A DNA stretch of 64,000 nt from Centroscyllium fabricii (taxonomy: Eukaryota). The notes under the pieces were generated by a model. The model was not told the origin of the DNA. It saw only the letters and a program-made list of their open reading frames with translations, and did not search any database. Location: NCBI GenBank assembly GCA_051313645.2, contig JBNRSN020000003.1, positions 340,504,001 through 340,568,000 of the forward strand, written 5' to 3'. This document shows, one piece after another, positions 12,619 to 24,455 of this stretch. The position numbers were made by a program, and so were the translations under genes. The stretch's first letter is position 1. Every line of letters begins with the position of its first letter.

Positions 12619-15600
12619 TGTGGTAACCATATTGTGTATACGTCACCACTGTAATATTGTCGCCAATATTGGCTTTGTATGTCACACCGCTTTACAACAC
12701 TGTCGTGGAGCCAGGTCAACCACACCTCTAACTCCTCCCCCAGGTGAGGCCCTTTATAGGTGAGGACTGACCAGGCTCCCTCATTCTGTTCTGGATGTTC
12801 GATCGGAGGGTGGCTCCTAAGTTAGTTAATAAAAGCCTATAGTTAAGGTCACTACTCGTTTAGCCTTTTATTAAGGGAATTGACAATACGTCAATTTTAT
12901 TAACTAAGAAAATTTGAAATGGAGAGCGGTGCGGTAAAGCCAGAGAAACTGGACACCAGTCCACAGGACCCAGCCGCCGCCACCACGTTCGAACACTGGT
13001 TCGGTCTCCAGGAGGCCTATATGGACGCCGCCAAGGCTACAACCGACGGGAACAAATTACAGGTTCTCCGGTCTAGGATCTCCAGCCGAGTATTCTCCCT
13101 CATCAGAGATGCCAAAACCTACCCAGCGGCAGTGGAAAAACTGCGAAAATGCTACGAGCGCCCGGTCCACTCGGTCTACGCCAGACATGTGCTCGTGACC
13201 AGACCACAACTACCGGGTGAGACAAACGAGCAATTTGAGCAAGCGCTCCAAGCCCTGGTACGGGTCTGTGGCTGCCAAGCACGGACAGCAGAGGAAGAGG
13301 CGAATCTCCCCGTCCGGGATGCCTACGTAACAGGCCTGAGGTGTGTGGAAGCCCGCCAGCGGCTGCTCGATAAAGACTCTTTGACTCTAGAGGAGGCGAT
13401 CTCCATATCTAACTCTGTAGAGGGGGCACGCAACAAACTAATGGCGTACAGCGGCACTAACCCGCAGGTCTACGACGCGTGGGCCGCGCCACAACGGGCC
13501 CAGGCCTGGGCAGCAGCACAACGGGTCGAGACCCCCACGATGGCTGCGACAGCCGCAAAGGACAAACGGTGCGACTTCTGCGGTCAGTGAATGCACCCGC
13601 GAGCGAGATGCCCAGCGAGGACCGCGACCTGTGAGAGGTGCTCCAAAAAGGGACACTACGCTAAGGCCTGCAGATCAGCACCAACAGCGCCCAACTCCAG
13701 GTACAGCAGCGCAGCCTGTGAAAGCTCCGCCAGGACTCAGGTAAGCTGCAATAGCAGCGCGATCCAGCGACGGCCCGGAGGTAGAAGAAAAACGCCCCCA
13801 TCTCCCACCCTGATGCGGCAAAGGCCGGCTGCACCCACGGCACGCCAAGCTCAGCCACGGCCGGCCAAGCGCGACCCCCCAACGCCAGCAGCACACCCAG
13901 CGCGGCACGCTGCGTGCGAATCACGGGCACCGCCAACCCAACCACCGCGGCTCGCTGCATGCGAACCACGGGCACCGCCAACCCAGCCACCGCGGGCCGC
14001 TGCGTGCGAACCACGGGCGCCACCAACGCACTCACAGCGGTCAGCCGCGTGCGAACCACGGGCGCCGCCATCATTTCTCCAGCGGCCCACCATGTGCGAC
14101 CCCTCGGTGCCGCCATCTTGTCTCCAGCACCTCGCCATGTGCGAGCCAGGGGCGCCGCCATTTTGTGTACAGCCCCAACCAGCAGGGGGCCCACACACAC
14201 AAAGGCACACGTCGGCCTCAGCCATCCCCAAAGTGGACCAGGCTAGGCCACACAACCTATCAAACTCGATCATGCCGTTCAAAATTAACGGCCATATTAC
14301 CGATTGCCTGTTCGACACTGGTAGCAGTGAGAGCTTTGTACACCCCGATACAGTGCAGCGCTGCGGATAGCAGATCCTGCCCACGCGATACCAAGTCTCC
14401 CTTGCTTCATAGTCCCACACCGCGGACGACACCGGCTACTGCTCCGTCACGCTCACAGTCAAGGGTTGCGTGTACCGTAATTTTAAATTGTACACCCTCA
14501 AGCAGTTGTGTGCCCCAGCCTTACTAGGTCTGGATTTCCAGTGCCACCTCAAGAGCGTGACAATGGAGTTCGGCGGGACCTTGCCCCCCCCTCACCGTCA
14601 GTAGCTGGGACAGTCCCTTCCCAAAGCGGAGCCCGGCCTGCGGCCTCACCACCCTGAAAATCGACCCCCCCTCACTGTTCGCCAACCTCGACCCTAATTG
14701 AAATCCAATTGCTACAAAGAGTCGGCGGTACAGTGTGGGGGATCGCACGTTTATCAGGTCGGAAGTCGGGCGTATGCTAAAGGAGGGGATAATTGAAGCC
14801 AGCAACAGCCCCTGGCGGGCCCAGGTAGTAGTGGTGAAGACTGGCGAGAAACAGCGGCTGGTTATCGACTACAGCCAGACCATTAACCGCTACACCGGGC
14901 TCGACGCCTACCCCCTCCCCCGCATCTCGGACATGGTCAACCAGATCGCCCAATATAAGGTGTTCTCCACAATCGACCTTAAATCAGCGTATCACCAACT
15001 CCCGATCCGGAAAGCCGACCGCCCGTACACCGCCTTCGAGGCGAACGGTCGGCTCTACCACTTCCTCCGGGTCCCCTTCGGCGTGACCAACGGAGTGTCA
15101 GTGTTCCAACGGGAGATGGACCGCATGGTTGACCAGAACGAGTTGCGGGCCACCTTCCCTTACCTGGACAACGTGACCATCTGCGGCCATGACCAGCAGG
15201 ACCACGATGCCAATCTGGCCAAATTCCTCGATACGGCGGAAAAGCTGGACCTTACGTATAACAAGGACAAATGTGTCTTTAATACAGACCGGCTCGCCAT
15301 CCTCGGATACGTGGTGGAGAACGGGGTCCTCGGCCCCGACCCACAGCGTATGCGCCCCCTACAAGAACTGCTCCTACCTCACAACCCCAAAGCCTTGAGG
15401 AGATGCCTAGGATTTTTCTCCTACTACGCACAATGGGTCCCACAGTTCGCGGACAAGGCTAGACCACTCCTCAAGGCTGCCGTCTTCCCCCGCTCGGTAG
15501 AAGCCCAAACGGCATTCGCCCGAATAAAGGAAGACATCTTCAAAGCAACCATGCACGCCGTTGATGAATCCATTCCCTTCCAGGTGGAGAGCAACGCTTC

Positions 15601-17438
15601 AGACTTTGCCCTTGTTGCCACCCTGAATCAGGCAGGCAGGCCCGTAGCGTTTTTCTCCCGCACCCTACAGGGACCCGAAATTCACCACTCTGCAGTGGAA
15701 AAGGAGGCCCAGGCCATCGTGGAGGCTGTGCGCTACTGGCGTCATTACCTGGCCGGTAAGCGTTTTACCCTTCTCACCGACCAGCGGTCGGTGGCGTTTA
15801 TGTTTAATAATAAACAGAAGGGTAAGATCAAGAATGATAAGATCCTGCGGTGGCGGATCGAACTCTCGACTTACGAGTATGACATTCTTTACCGACCAGC
15901 TAAACTCAATGAACCCCCGGACGCACTGTCCAGGGGAACGTGCGCCAGTGCCCAGCTGGACCGGCTGAAGGACCTCCACGACCGCCTTTGCCAACCGGGT
16001 GTCACCAGACTCGCCCACTTTGTTAGATCCCGTAGCCTCCCCTACTCCATCACGGAGATCAAGGCTATGACCCGAGAGTGCCCTGTTTGCGCCGAGTGCA
16101 AACCACAATTTTTCCGGCCAGACCCGGTGCACCTCATTAAGGCCACCCGCCCCTTTGAACGTCTAAGCGTGGACTTCAAAGGCCCGCTCCCCACCACCGA
16201 CCGCAACTCATACTTCCTCACGGTCGTAGATGAGTTCTCCCGCTTCCCCTTTGCCTTCCCCTGCGCAGATATGACAAGCGAAACGGTGATAAAACACTTC
16301 ACCACGCTGTTCGCCATTTTCGGTCTCCCCAGCTACATCCATAGCGACCGGGGGGTCATCGTTCATGAGCGATGAACTGCGTCAGTTTCTGCTCCAGAAA
16401 GGGGTTGCCACGAGCAGAACGACCAGTTATAACCCCTGGGGGAATGGCCAGGTAGAAAGGGAGAATGGGATCATCTGGAAGGCGGTCACCCTGGCTCTGA
16501 AGTCCAGAGGCCTTCCAGTGGCCCATTGGCAGGCAGTCCTCCCAGACGCGCTGCATTCAATACGCTCTCTCCTGTGTACGGCCACTGATGCCACCCCTCA
16601 TGGCTTGATTTTTTCCTTTCCCAGGAAGTCGACTTCGGGGACAGCTCTTCCGCCATGGCTCACGACACCGGGGCCGGTCTTCCTTAGAAGACACGTCCGC
16701 GGCCACAAGACCGACCCCCTGGTGGACAAGGTGCAGCTCCTGCACACGAATCCTCAATATGCATACGTGCATTTCCCGGACGGGCGCGAGGACACCGTCT
16801 CCATCAGGGACCTGGCTCCCGCAGGAAGCACCACAGCAGAACCCCCGGCCGGGCAGCAGCCCGCCCAGCCACAGTATCTAGAACACCCCCTGCATCTACA
16901 GTGGCCTCCGAGGTATCCAGAGCCCCAGCCGTGGCCAGCCCAAGACCACCATTCCGATGGATCGGACCAATTGAGACCACCAGCATCTGAAACCTCGGCA
17001 CCAGAGCCACTGTCATCACCACCGGACTCGAGCAGTACGGAACAAGATGAACTTTTAACGGAGCCCCGGCGGTCCTCCAGACAGACACGACCGTCGGACA
17101 AGTTCATAATGAACTGCTCTGTCCATTCACCCCGCCGGACTTAAATTTTCAAGAAGGGGTGAATGTGGTAACCATATTGTGTATACGTCACCACTGTAAT
17201 ATTGTCGCCAGTATTGGCTTTGTATGTCACACCGCTTTACAACACTGTCATGGAGCCAGGTCAGCCACACCTCTAACTCCTCCCCCAGGTGAGGCCCTTT
17301 ATAGGTGAGGACTGACCAGGCTCCCTCATTCTGTTCTGGATGTTCGATCAGAGGGTAGCTCCTAAGTTAGTTAATAAAAGCCTATAGTTCAGGTCACTAC
17401 TTGTTTAGCCTTTTATTAAGGTAATTGACGATATGTCA
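12619..17438 (+). mobile_element. Ty3/Gypsy LTR retrotransposon B, inserted antisense near codon 9 of element A gag
   Basis: 275-bp LTRs at 12619-12893 and 17164-17438 (about 10 differences); TSD TGGGT/CGGGT (one CpG-type change); PPT AAGAAGGGGTGAA at 17151-17163. Confidence 0.95.
12919..17144 (+). pseudogene. gag-pol of element B with a few stops and frameshifts
   Basis: ORFs 12919-13590, 13591-14370, 14735-16375 and 16365-17144 together give Gag, CCHC, protease (CLFDTGS), RT (YLDN), RNase H and integrase. Confidence 0.93.
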
Positions 17439-17487
17439 CGGGTTTCACAGCGCCGCTCTCCATTTTCAATTTTAAAGCTAATATAAT

Positions 17488-17788
17488 TGACGTATCGTCA
17501 ATAATCTAAAAAAACTAAAGACGCGTAGTTACCTTAACTAAAGGCTTTTATTAGCTTTACAAAGGAGCTACGCTCCGGTCGAACATCAGGTACAGAATGA
17601 ATGGGGGCAGGTCAGACCACACCTATAAGGCACTCACCTGAGGGGAGGAGTTAGAGGTGTGGCTGACCTGACCCCGCGACAGTGTCGCAATACAAAGCTG
17701 TGTATAGTGCACCCAGCCGCTATACATGCTGGTTAATATTGTGCAACAATATTACAGTGGTAATAAGCATTATATAATGGTTACCACA
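17488..17788 (-). repeat. 5' LTR of element A
   Basis: Direct repeat of 7959-8259; the gag ATG follows after 24 nt on the minus strand. Confidence 0.95.
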
Positions 17789-17839
17789 AACTGCCACACC
17801 ACCTGGTGGCCATCATGTGGGGTCAGTTAAAATCAGGGC

Positions 17840-17985
17840 CTTAGTGCAAGCACACTTGTCTCTGAGTTTGAAGATTGCTGGTTCAAGTCCCACTCCAGAG
17901 ACCTGAGCAAATAATCTCGGCCGACACTTGAGAGCAGTATTGAAGGAGTACGGCATTATCAGAGGCACCATCCTTCGGATGACAC
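17840..17985 (+). mobile_element. Old tRNA-derived SINE 5' half (DeuSINE/SacSINE-like)
   Basis: B-box-like GGTTCAAGTCC followed by CACTCCAGAGACCTGAGCA..CAGTATTGAAGGAGT..CCTTCGGATGA, resembling the Deu-SINE body. Assigned from recalled family sequence. Confidence 0.5.
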
Positions 17986-18740
17986 TACAGGTATGGCTGC
18001 ACCTGACGCCATTTTTGTGTGGGCGTTGGCATCGGTGCAGCGATCATGCAACGGAAATATGCAGAGTAGGCAGATTGGAACGTCAATCAGCGTGGGAGCG
18101 TGCGCCATATAACGCTGATTTGGCACCAGCGCTGCCAGTTTTGACCTCAACGCTGGATCTAACACCCTCTCTTAACATCATACATGCATTCAGCAACAGG
18201 AAGGATCCCCAACGGCGCTATTTAAAGGGTGATAGGCCATCAATAATCCAAGCGAGAGGTTTAAGGGCTTAAAGGTAGGCTTTTAATAAATAAGAACTGT
18301 GGTGCATGTTCCCACACTGAGTTCTCCAGGTTGAATGGCTCAAGCCGCTCTGGAGTCCTCCATATAACAAAAGACAAGGGCGGAGCTCGACATATACAAT
18401 AGACAAAAGTGGGCGGTACATACATTCCACACATTCCTAGCACAGGCAAGTCCAGGTTAAAAGCACAGTCTGATGAACATACATATTTCATTGTAGCGTA
18501 GCTACCCAGGGAAGCCCCTGGGTCTTCCCTTTAAGCCACAATCCCCATTTCACAGTCGAGTGGCCTAAGGAACCATCCTTCAATTTTCCCACAATGCTTC
18601 GCGATTTTGCGCTCTTTGCCAACAGTCGTTGTATGGAATTGATGAATAAAGACCTGTTTTAAATGTGCTCCAGTACACTGCGTTTCTTTGGTAAAAACTT
18701 TAAGTAGGAGGTGGGATAACTCCTACAATTGGTGAACCCG

Positions 18741-21700
18741 ATGCCAGACAACGAACTGCCTGACCTGAACACGCAAAACACAGCCGCCCCGGGTCCAGCT
18801 GCCGAACGGCCGTGGAACCTCAGCCTCCCCTCCGTCTAGAAACACCAATCAGCCGCTTGGTTCCTCCAGGCAGAGGCCCAATTTGAGCTCCGGCGACTCA
18901 ACAGCGATGCCGACCGCTACCTCCTCGTCGTGGCAGCCCTGCCCAGCCACGTCGCCACGGACATCGTTGAACTGCTGCGGCAACCGCCGCACAATAACAG
19001 GTACAGGTCCTTGAAAGAACGCCTGCTACAGGCCCACGACCTGCCTGAGGATGTGTGGGCCCGGCAGCTCCTCGAACTTTCGGGACTGGGAGACTCTACC
19101 CCCACATGCCTTATGAATCGAATGCTGGCCCTTCTCGGCGACCACAAAAACTGCCCCTTGTTTCGGGTGCTGTTCATCAGCATGCTGCCACAGTCGCTGC
19201 AAACAGCCTTAGCCAACTCAGACGGCCTAACCTACGCAGAGTTGGCCGTTGAAGCAGAACGCATCCAGCTCTGCGCGACTGAGGATTGTGCAGCCACGAG
19301 GCTCTCTCCGCCCACACGCAGGCCTACGCCACAACCGCAGACAGGTCTCTGCTACTACCACGCACGGTTTGGCCCGCAGGCCCAGCGCTGCAGACCACCT
19401 TGCTCCTTTGCGCCTAATCAAGTTGCTGCAGCACCACACCGCCGACAAGGCCCAGCCGCTGCCAATGCTGTGGCGCAGCAGGGAAGCTGCTTTTCGTCAC
19501 TGACTCTCTCTCCGGGCGCAGATTCCTCTGCGACACCGGAGTCCAATGCAGCATTCTTCCAGCCACACAGCTCGACCAACAGGCTGGCCACACCGGCCTA
19601 CCCCGTGTGGCGGTCAACAGCGCCGCCATTACCACCTTTGATAAACGCCAGGCAGAGATATGCCTCCGTGGCCAGCGTTTCACATGGGAATTTGTCACAG
19701 CCGCAGTGAAACAACCACTGCTCGGCACAGATTTTTTGTGTGCCCACGGCCTACTCGTAGACGTCCGAGGCAGGCGCCTTATGGACGCTTCAACTTTCGC
19801 CTCCGTGCCCTGCCAATGGAGCAACAGCCAGTCCCTTGTGTGCTCCTGCTCTTCTCCGCCCCGCGACAAATACGCAAGGTGACTGGCTGAGTTCCCAGGC
19901 ATCACGCAACCAACGCTTTTGGCTGTGGCGGCCAAGCATGGCGTCCAGCACCACATCAGCACTACGGGACCGCTGGTTTTCGCCCGTGTCAGGTGCTTGA
20001 ACCCCACTAAAATGGCAGCGGCCAAAGAAGAGTTCTCAGCGATGGAGAAGCTGGAAATCATCCGCCACTCCAACAGCCCATGGTCGTCCCCGCTCCACAT
20101 CGTCCCCAAGCCCGGTGGCGGATGGCACCCATGCGGGGATTACAGGCGCCTCAACGACGCCACTATGCTGGACAGGTACCCTGTACCACATATCCAAGAC
20201 TTTTCAGCGCACCTGGCGGGCAAGTTGATTTTTTCCAAGGTCGACCTCATCAGGGGCTAGCACCAGGTTCCGGTCCATCCAGACGACATTCCGAAGACGA
20301 CGGTTATCACCCCTTTCGGACTCTTTGAATTCCTCCGCATGCCTTTCGGTTTAAAAAATGCGGTGGAAGTTTTTCCAACACCTAATGGACTCTGCCCTTC
20401 GGGACATGGACTTTTTGTTTGTGTATCTGGATGTTATATTGGTCACGAGTGCAAGCGAGTCGGAACATGTTGTGCATTTGCGCTCCCTCTTTTAGAAATT
20501 GGCCCATCATGGCCTAATTATCAATCCGTGAAGTGCCAATTCAGCCAAGCCGAGATTGATTTTTTGGGGCACCACATCTCCACAGCCAGAGTCATCTTGT
20601 TGCCGGCTAAGGTTCAAGCGGTCACGGCCTTTCCCTGGCCAAGCTCAGTTAAGACGCTCCAGGAATTACTGGGTATGATAAACTTCTACCACCATTTCCT
20701 CCCCAGCGCCACCATCATGCGCCCCTTGTATAAAGCTACCAGAGGTAAGACCGGCAAGGACAACTTGTCCTGGACGGCTGACATGGCAAAGGCCTTTAGC
20801 CTAGCCAAGACAGCCTGGGCTGGAGCCACCCTTTTGGCCCATCCTAGCTTACTACTAGCTTACTAAAGATCAGCCATGATCTCATTGAATGGCGGAGCAG
20901 GCTCGAAGGGCTGAATGGCCTACTCCTGCTCCTATCTTCTATGATTCTATGATTCTATCCCATCCTGGGTGCTCCCCTGGCACTCACCACGGGTGCTCCC
21001 CTGGCACTCACCACCGACGCCTCGGAGCACGCCATAGGCGCCATGCAACAACAGTGGGTGGACGGTGCTTGAAAGCCCCTCGCATTTTTTAGGCGCCAAC
21101 TGCGGAAAAATGAGCTCGGCTACAGCACCTTTGATCGGGAGCTGCTGGCTCTTTTTCTCGTGGTGCAGCATTTCCGTTTCCTACTAGAGGGCCGCCCGTT
21201 CACCGCCTACATGGACCATAAACCCCTCATTTTTGCTATGGCCAAGGTCACGGAACCCTGGTCAGGGCGCCAACAGTGCCACCTGAATTTAATCTCGGAA
21301 TTTACCACTGACAGCCGCCACGTGTCCGGCAAGGACAATGTCATAGCCGACTGCCTTTCCCGGCCTTCCCTCCACGTGGTCCAGGTCGGTGTCATGGCGC
21401 AGTCTCAGCGGGCAGACGCTGAACTGCAGTCTCTTCGTTCTGCTTCCACTGGCCTGACCCTGACGGACATTCATTTCCAGGCAGCCGGCATGACACTCTT
21501 ATGCGACACTTCCGTGTCCCATCGCAGGCCGTTAGTGCCCACCTCATGGCGCAGGCACATCTTCAACCTGATCCACGGCCTTTCTCACCCGGGCATGTGA
21601 GCTTCCCAGAATCTGATGTCCTCTAAAGTTGTGTGGCCTGGCCGGCACAAAGACGTGCGGGACTGGACTAACACCTGTCCCGATTGTCAGCACGGCAAGG

Positions 21701-22841
21701 TGCACCAACACACCAAGGCTCCCCTGCAACACATCCCGGTCCCCGAACGCAGGCTTGACCACGTCCACGTTGATTTGGTCGGTCCCTTACTCCCCTCGCA
21801 GGGATTCACGCACCTCCTCACCATCGTCGACCGCACCACCACGTGGCCGGAGGTCATACCCTTGTCCTCCACTACCACGGCCGATGTGGCACGCGCCTTC
21901 ATCTTTGCCTGGGTATCCCGGTCTAGGGTCCCATCGGAGATAACCTCCGACAGGGGCCCGCAGTTCACCTCCCAACTGTGGGGCGCCATCGCCGCAGGCC
22001 TGGGGACCAAGTTACACCGCACAACAGCCTACCACCCCCAGGCCAACGGTATATGCGAACGTTTCCACCACGCCCTTAAGGACTCGCTCTGCGCCAGCTT
22101 GGCCGATGCCAACTAGCTCGACAGACTCCCTTGGGTCCTGCTCAGATTGCGATCGGTGCCCAAAGACGACCTCACCGTTTCTTCGGCCGAACTCGTCCTG
22201 GGCCAACCCCTGCACATCCCCGGGGAGTTCCTCCCCTCCGTCAATGAGGGTTGGTCGGCAGGTGAACAGCTAGCTCGACAAAACGACGCAGCCCATCGTT
22301 TTCTTCTCGTGCCCACTTCGTCGCACGGGGTCCAGTCGTCTCACGTTCCCATCGAGCTCTGCCAGACCCAGTTCGTGTTCGTTCGCTGCGACGCACACAA
22401 GACCCCTTTACAGGCGCCGTACACAGGCCCTTCCGTGTCCTGGAGGTGGGCGATAAAGCTTTTCTCCTCGCAGTTGGTGGTAGAAGGGACCTCGTGTCCA
22501 TTGACAGGCTCAAAGCGGCCCACTTGGATCCCACTTGGTCTGAGCAATGTCCTTCAGGCCCCCGCGTGGAATTCCCTTCCTCCACAAGTGAGGCTACGCC
22601 GGGCCCGGCCCCGGTCGAGCCCCCCAATAGGGTCCCGTCTCCCGCACCGCCCCTGGTTCCCACACCGGTTTCACCCACAACTGTGGTGCTCCTGCAGGCC
22701 CTCAGCCCCGTCCATGGCACACCCGTCCTTGCGTCACCCGCACCCGCGGGCTATCACACACGCTCCGGCCGCCTGGTCAAGCCTCCTTGGAGGTTGACCT
22801 ACCACGTTCATGAGGATTCTGGGGGGGCATATGTAGCGTAG
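18741..22841 (+). pseudogene. Disrupted gag-pol of element F
   Basis: FLCDTG protease, SPWSSPLHIVPK..CGDYRRLN RT, RNase H (FTAYMDHKPL), integrase (HVDLVGPL..SDRGPQF..NGICERFH); many stops and frameshifts. Confidence 0.88.
20846..20958 (+). mobile_element. Short CR1/HE1 3'-tail insertion in element F
   Basis: GATCAGCCATGATCTCATTGAATGG..(CTATGATT)n flanked by the direct repeat CCCATCCT. Confidence 0.8.
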
Positions 22842-22899
22842 CTACCATGGGAAGCCCCTGGATCTTCCCTTTAGCCACAATCCCCATTTCACAGTCGGT

Positions 22900-23452
22900 C
22901 CCACCTACAAGGCACAAGTCAGGAGTGTGTTGGAATACTCTCCACTTGCCTGGATGAGTGCAGCTCCAACAACACTCAAGAAGCTCGACACCATTCAGGA
23001 TAAAGCAGGCCGCTTGATTGGCACTCCATCCACCACCTTCAACATTAACTCCCTCCACCACCGGCGCACTGTGGCTGCAGTGTGTACCATCTACAAGATG
23101 CACTGCAACAACTCGCCAAAGCTCCTTCAACAGCACCTTCCAAACCCGCGACCTCTACCACTTAGAATGATAAGGGCAGCAGATGCATGGGAACATCACC
23201 ACCTACAAGTTCCCCTCCAAGCCACACACCATCCTGACTTGGACCTGTATTGCCGCTCCTTCACTGTTGCTGGGCCAAAATCCTGGCACTCCCTTCCTAA
23301 CAACATTGTGGGTGTACCTACACCATATGGAGTGCAGCGGTTCAAGAAGGTGGCTCACCACCATCTTCTCAAGGGCAATTAGGGATGGGCACTAAATGCA
23401 GGCCTAGCCACCCAGCGACGCCCACATCCCATCAATGAATAAAATAAAAAAA
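22900..23452 (+). mobile_element. LINE 3' fragment (same family as 410-840)
   Basis: ORF 22927-23382 LEYSPLAWMSAAPTTLKKLDTIQDKA..HHLLKGN*, followed by a 3'UTR and A-rich tail. Confidence 0.85.
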
Positions 23453-24100
23453 TGCCAAACATGCAAAACAGGCTGCCGAGGCACTTGATGACCTTGGCAC
23501 TGGTCATGTCTGGGCAGGGTAAGCGAATGGGAAGCGGGAGTACGCGTCCACGATATTGAGGAAGTACACATTGCGATTGGTGGAGGGGAGGGGTCCCTTG
23601 AAGTCTAAGCTTAGGCGCTCAAATGGCCATGTAGCTTTGATCAGGTGGGCTTCGTCGGGCCTGTAAAATCGGGGTTTGTACTCCGCGCAGATGCGGCAGT
23701 TCCTGGTCATGGACTGGACCTCTTCAATGGAGTAGGGCAGGTTACAGGATTTTATCAGGTGGAATAGCCGGGTGACTCCCGGGTGGCAGAGGTCGTTGTG
23801 GAGTGCCTGTAGCCTGTCTCCCTGGATGCTGGCACACATCGCTCGTGATAGGGCGTTGGGGGATTCGTTGAGGGCCCCCGGCCTATATATATCATACTCG
23901 AACATAAAGAGTTCGATCCGCCACCTGAGGATTTTGTCATTTTTGATCTCCCCCCTCTCTTTATTATAAACATGAAGGCTACCGACCGCTGGTCGGTAAG
24001 CAGGATGAAGATTTTCCCGGCTAGGTACTATCTCCAGTGCCGCCCTGCTTGCGGGTAGTTAGAAGATGCCTGGCGTATACCTCATTCACTGGCTGCACGC

Positions 24101-24455
24101 AAATCCAGCCTCGGGTACTATCTGTGTGGAGTTTGCACATTCTCCCCGTGTCTGCGTGGGTTTCCTCCGCGTGCTCCGGTTTCCTCCCACAGTCCAAAGA
24201 TGTGCGCGTTAGGTTGATTGGCCAGGATAAATTGACCCTTAGTGTTAGGGGGATTGAAAATGTGGGGTTACGGGGATAGGGTGGGATATGTGTCGGTGCA
24301 GACTCGATAGGGATCGAAGGATATGGGGACAAGGCAGGGACAGGGTACTGGGTTTGGATGACCAGCCATGATTTCATCGAATGGTGGAGCAGGCTCGAAG
24401 GGCCAAATGGCCTACTCCTGCTCCTATCTTCTATGTTTCTATGTTTCTATGTTTC
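24101..24455 (+). mobile_element. HE1-like SINE (5'-truncated) in gag of element E
   Basis: V-domain core and CR1-like tail with (CTATGTTT)n. Confidence 0.88.

Larger units (their letters stand above)
7959..17788 (-). mobile_element. Ty3/Gypsy LTR retrotransposon A (full length; hosts element B and a SINE)
   Basis: 301-bp TG..CA LTRs at 17488-17788 and 7959-8259 (about 8 differences); perfect 5-bp TSD AACTG at 7954-7958 and 17789-17793; PPT at 8260-8270; gag-PR-RT-RH-IN order. Confidence 0.95.
18492..22897 (+). mobile_element. Ty3/Gypsy element F, CsRn1-like clade
   Basis: 5' LTR 18492-18727; PBS TGGTGAACCCGA (near tRNA-Trp complement TGGTGACCCCGA); CHCC Gag motif CYYHARFGPQAQRCRPPC; degenerate PR-RT-RH-IN; G-rich PPT; 3' LTR 22832-22897 truncated by a LINE. 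Confidence 0.88.

Noticed and set aside
10290-12725. 811-aa ORF as an intact gene with a novel N-terminus
   Set aside because: Chimeric: the first ~35 aa are the antisense LTR of B, the true start lies at 17463, and the C-terminus runs into a SINE.
16830-17144. env-like ORF or chromodomain after integrase
   Set aside because: Only a short, variable Pro/Ser-rich tail with a basic RRSSR motif; no hydrophobic or chromodomain signature in A, B or D.
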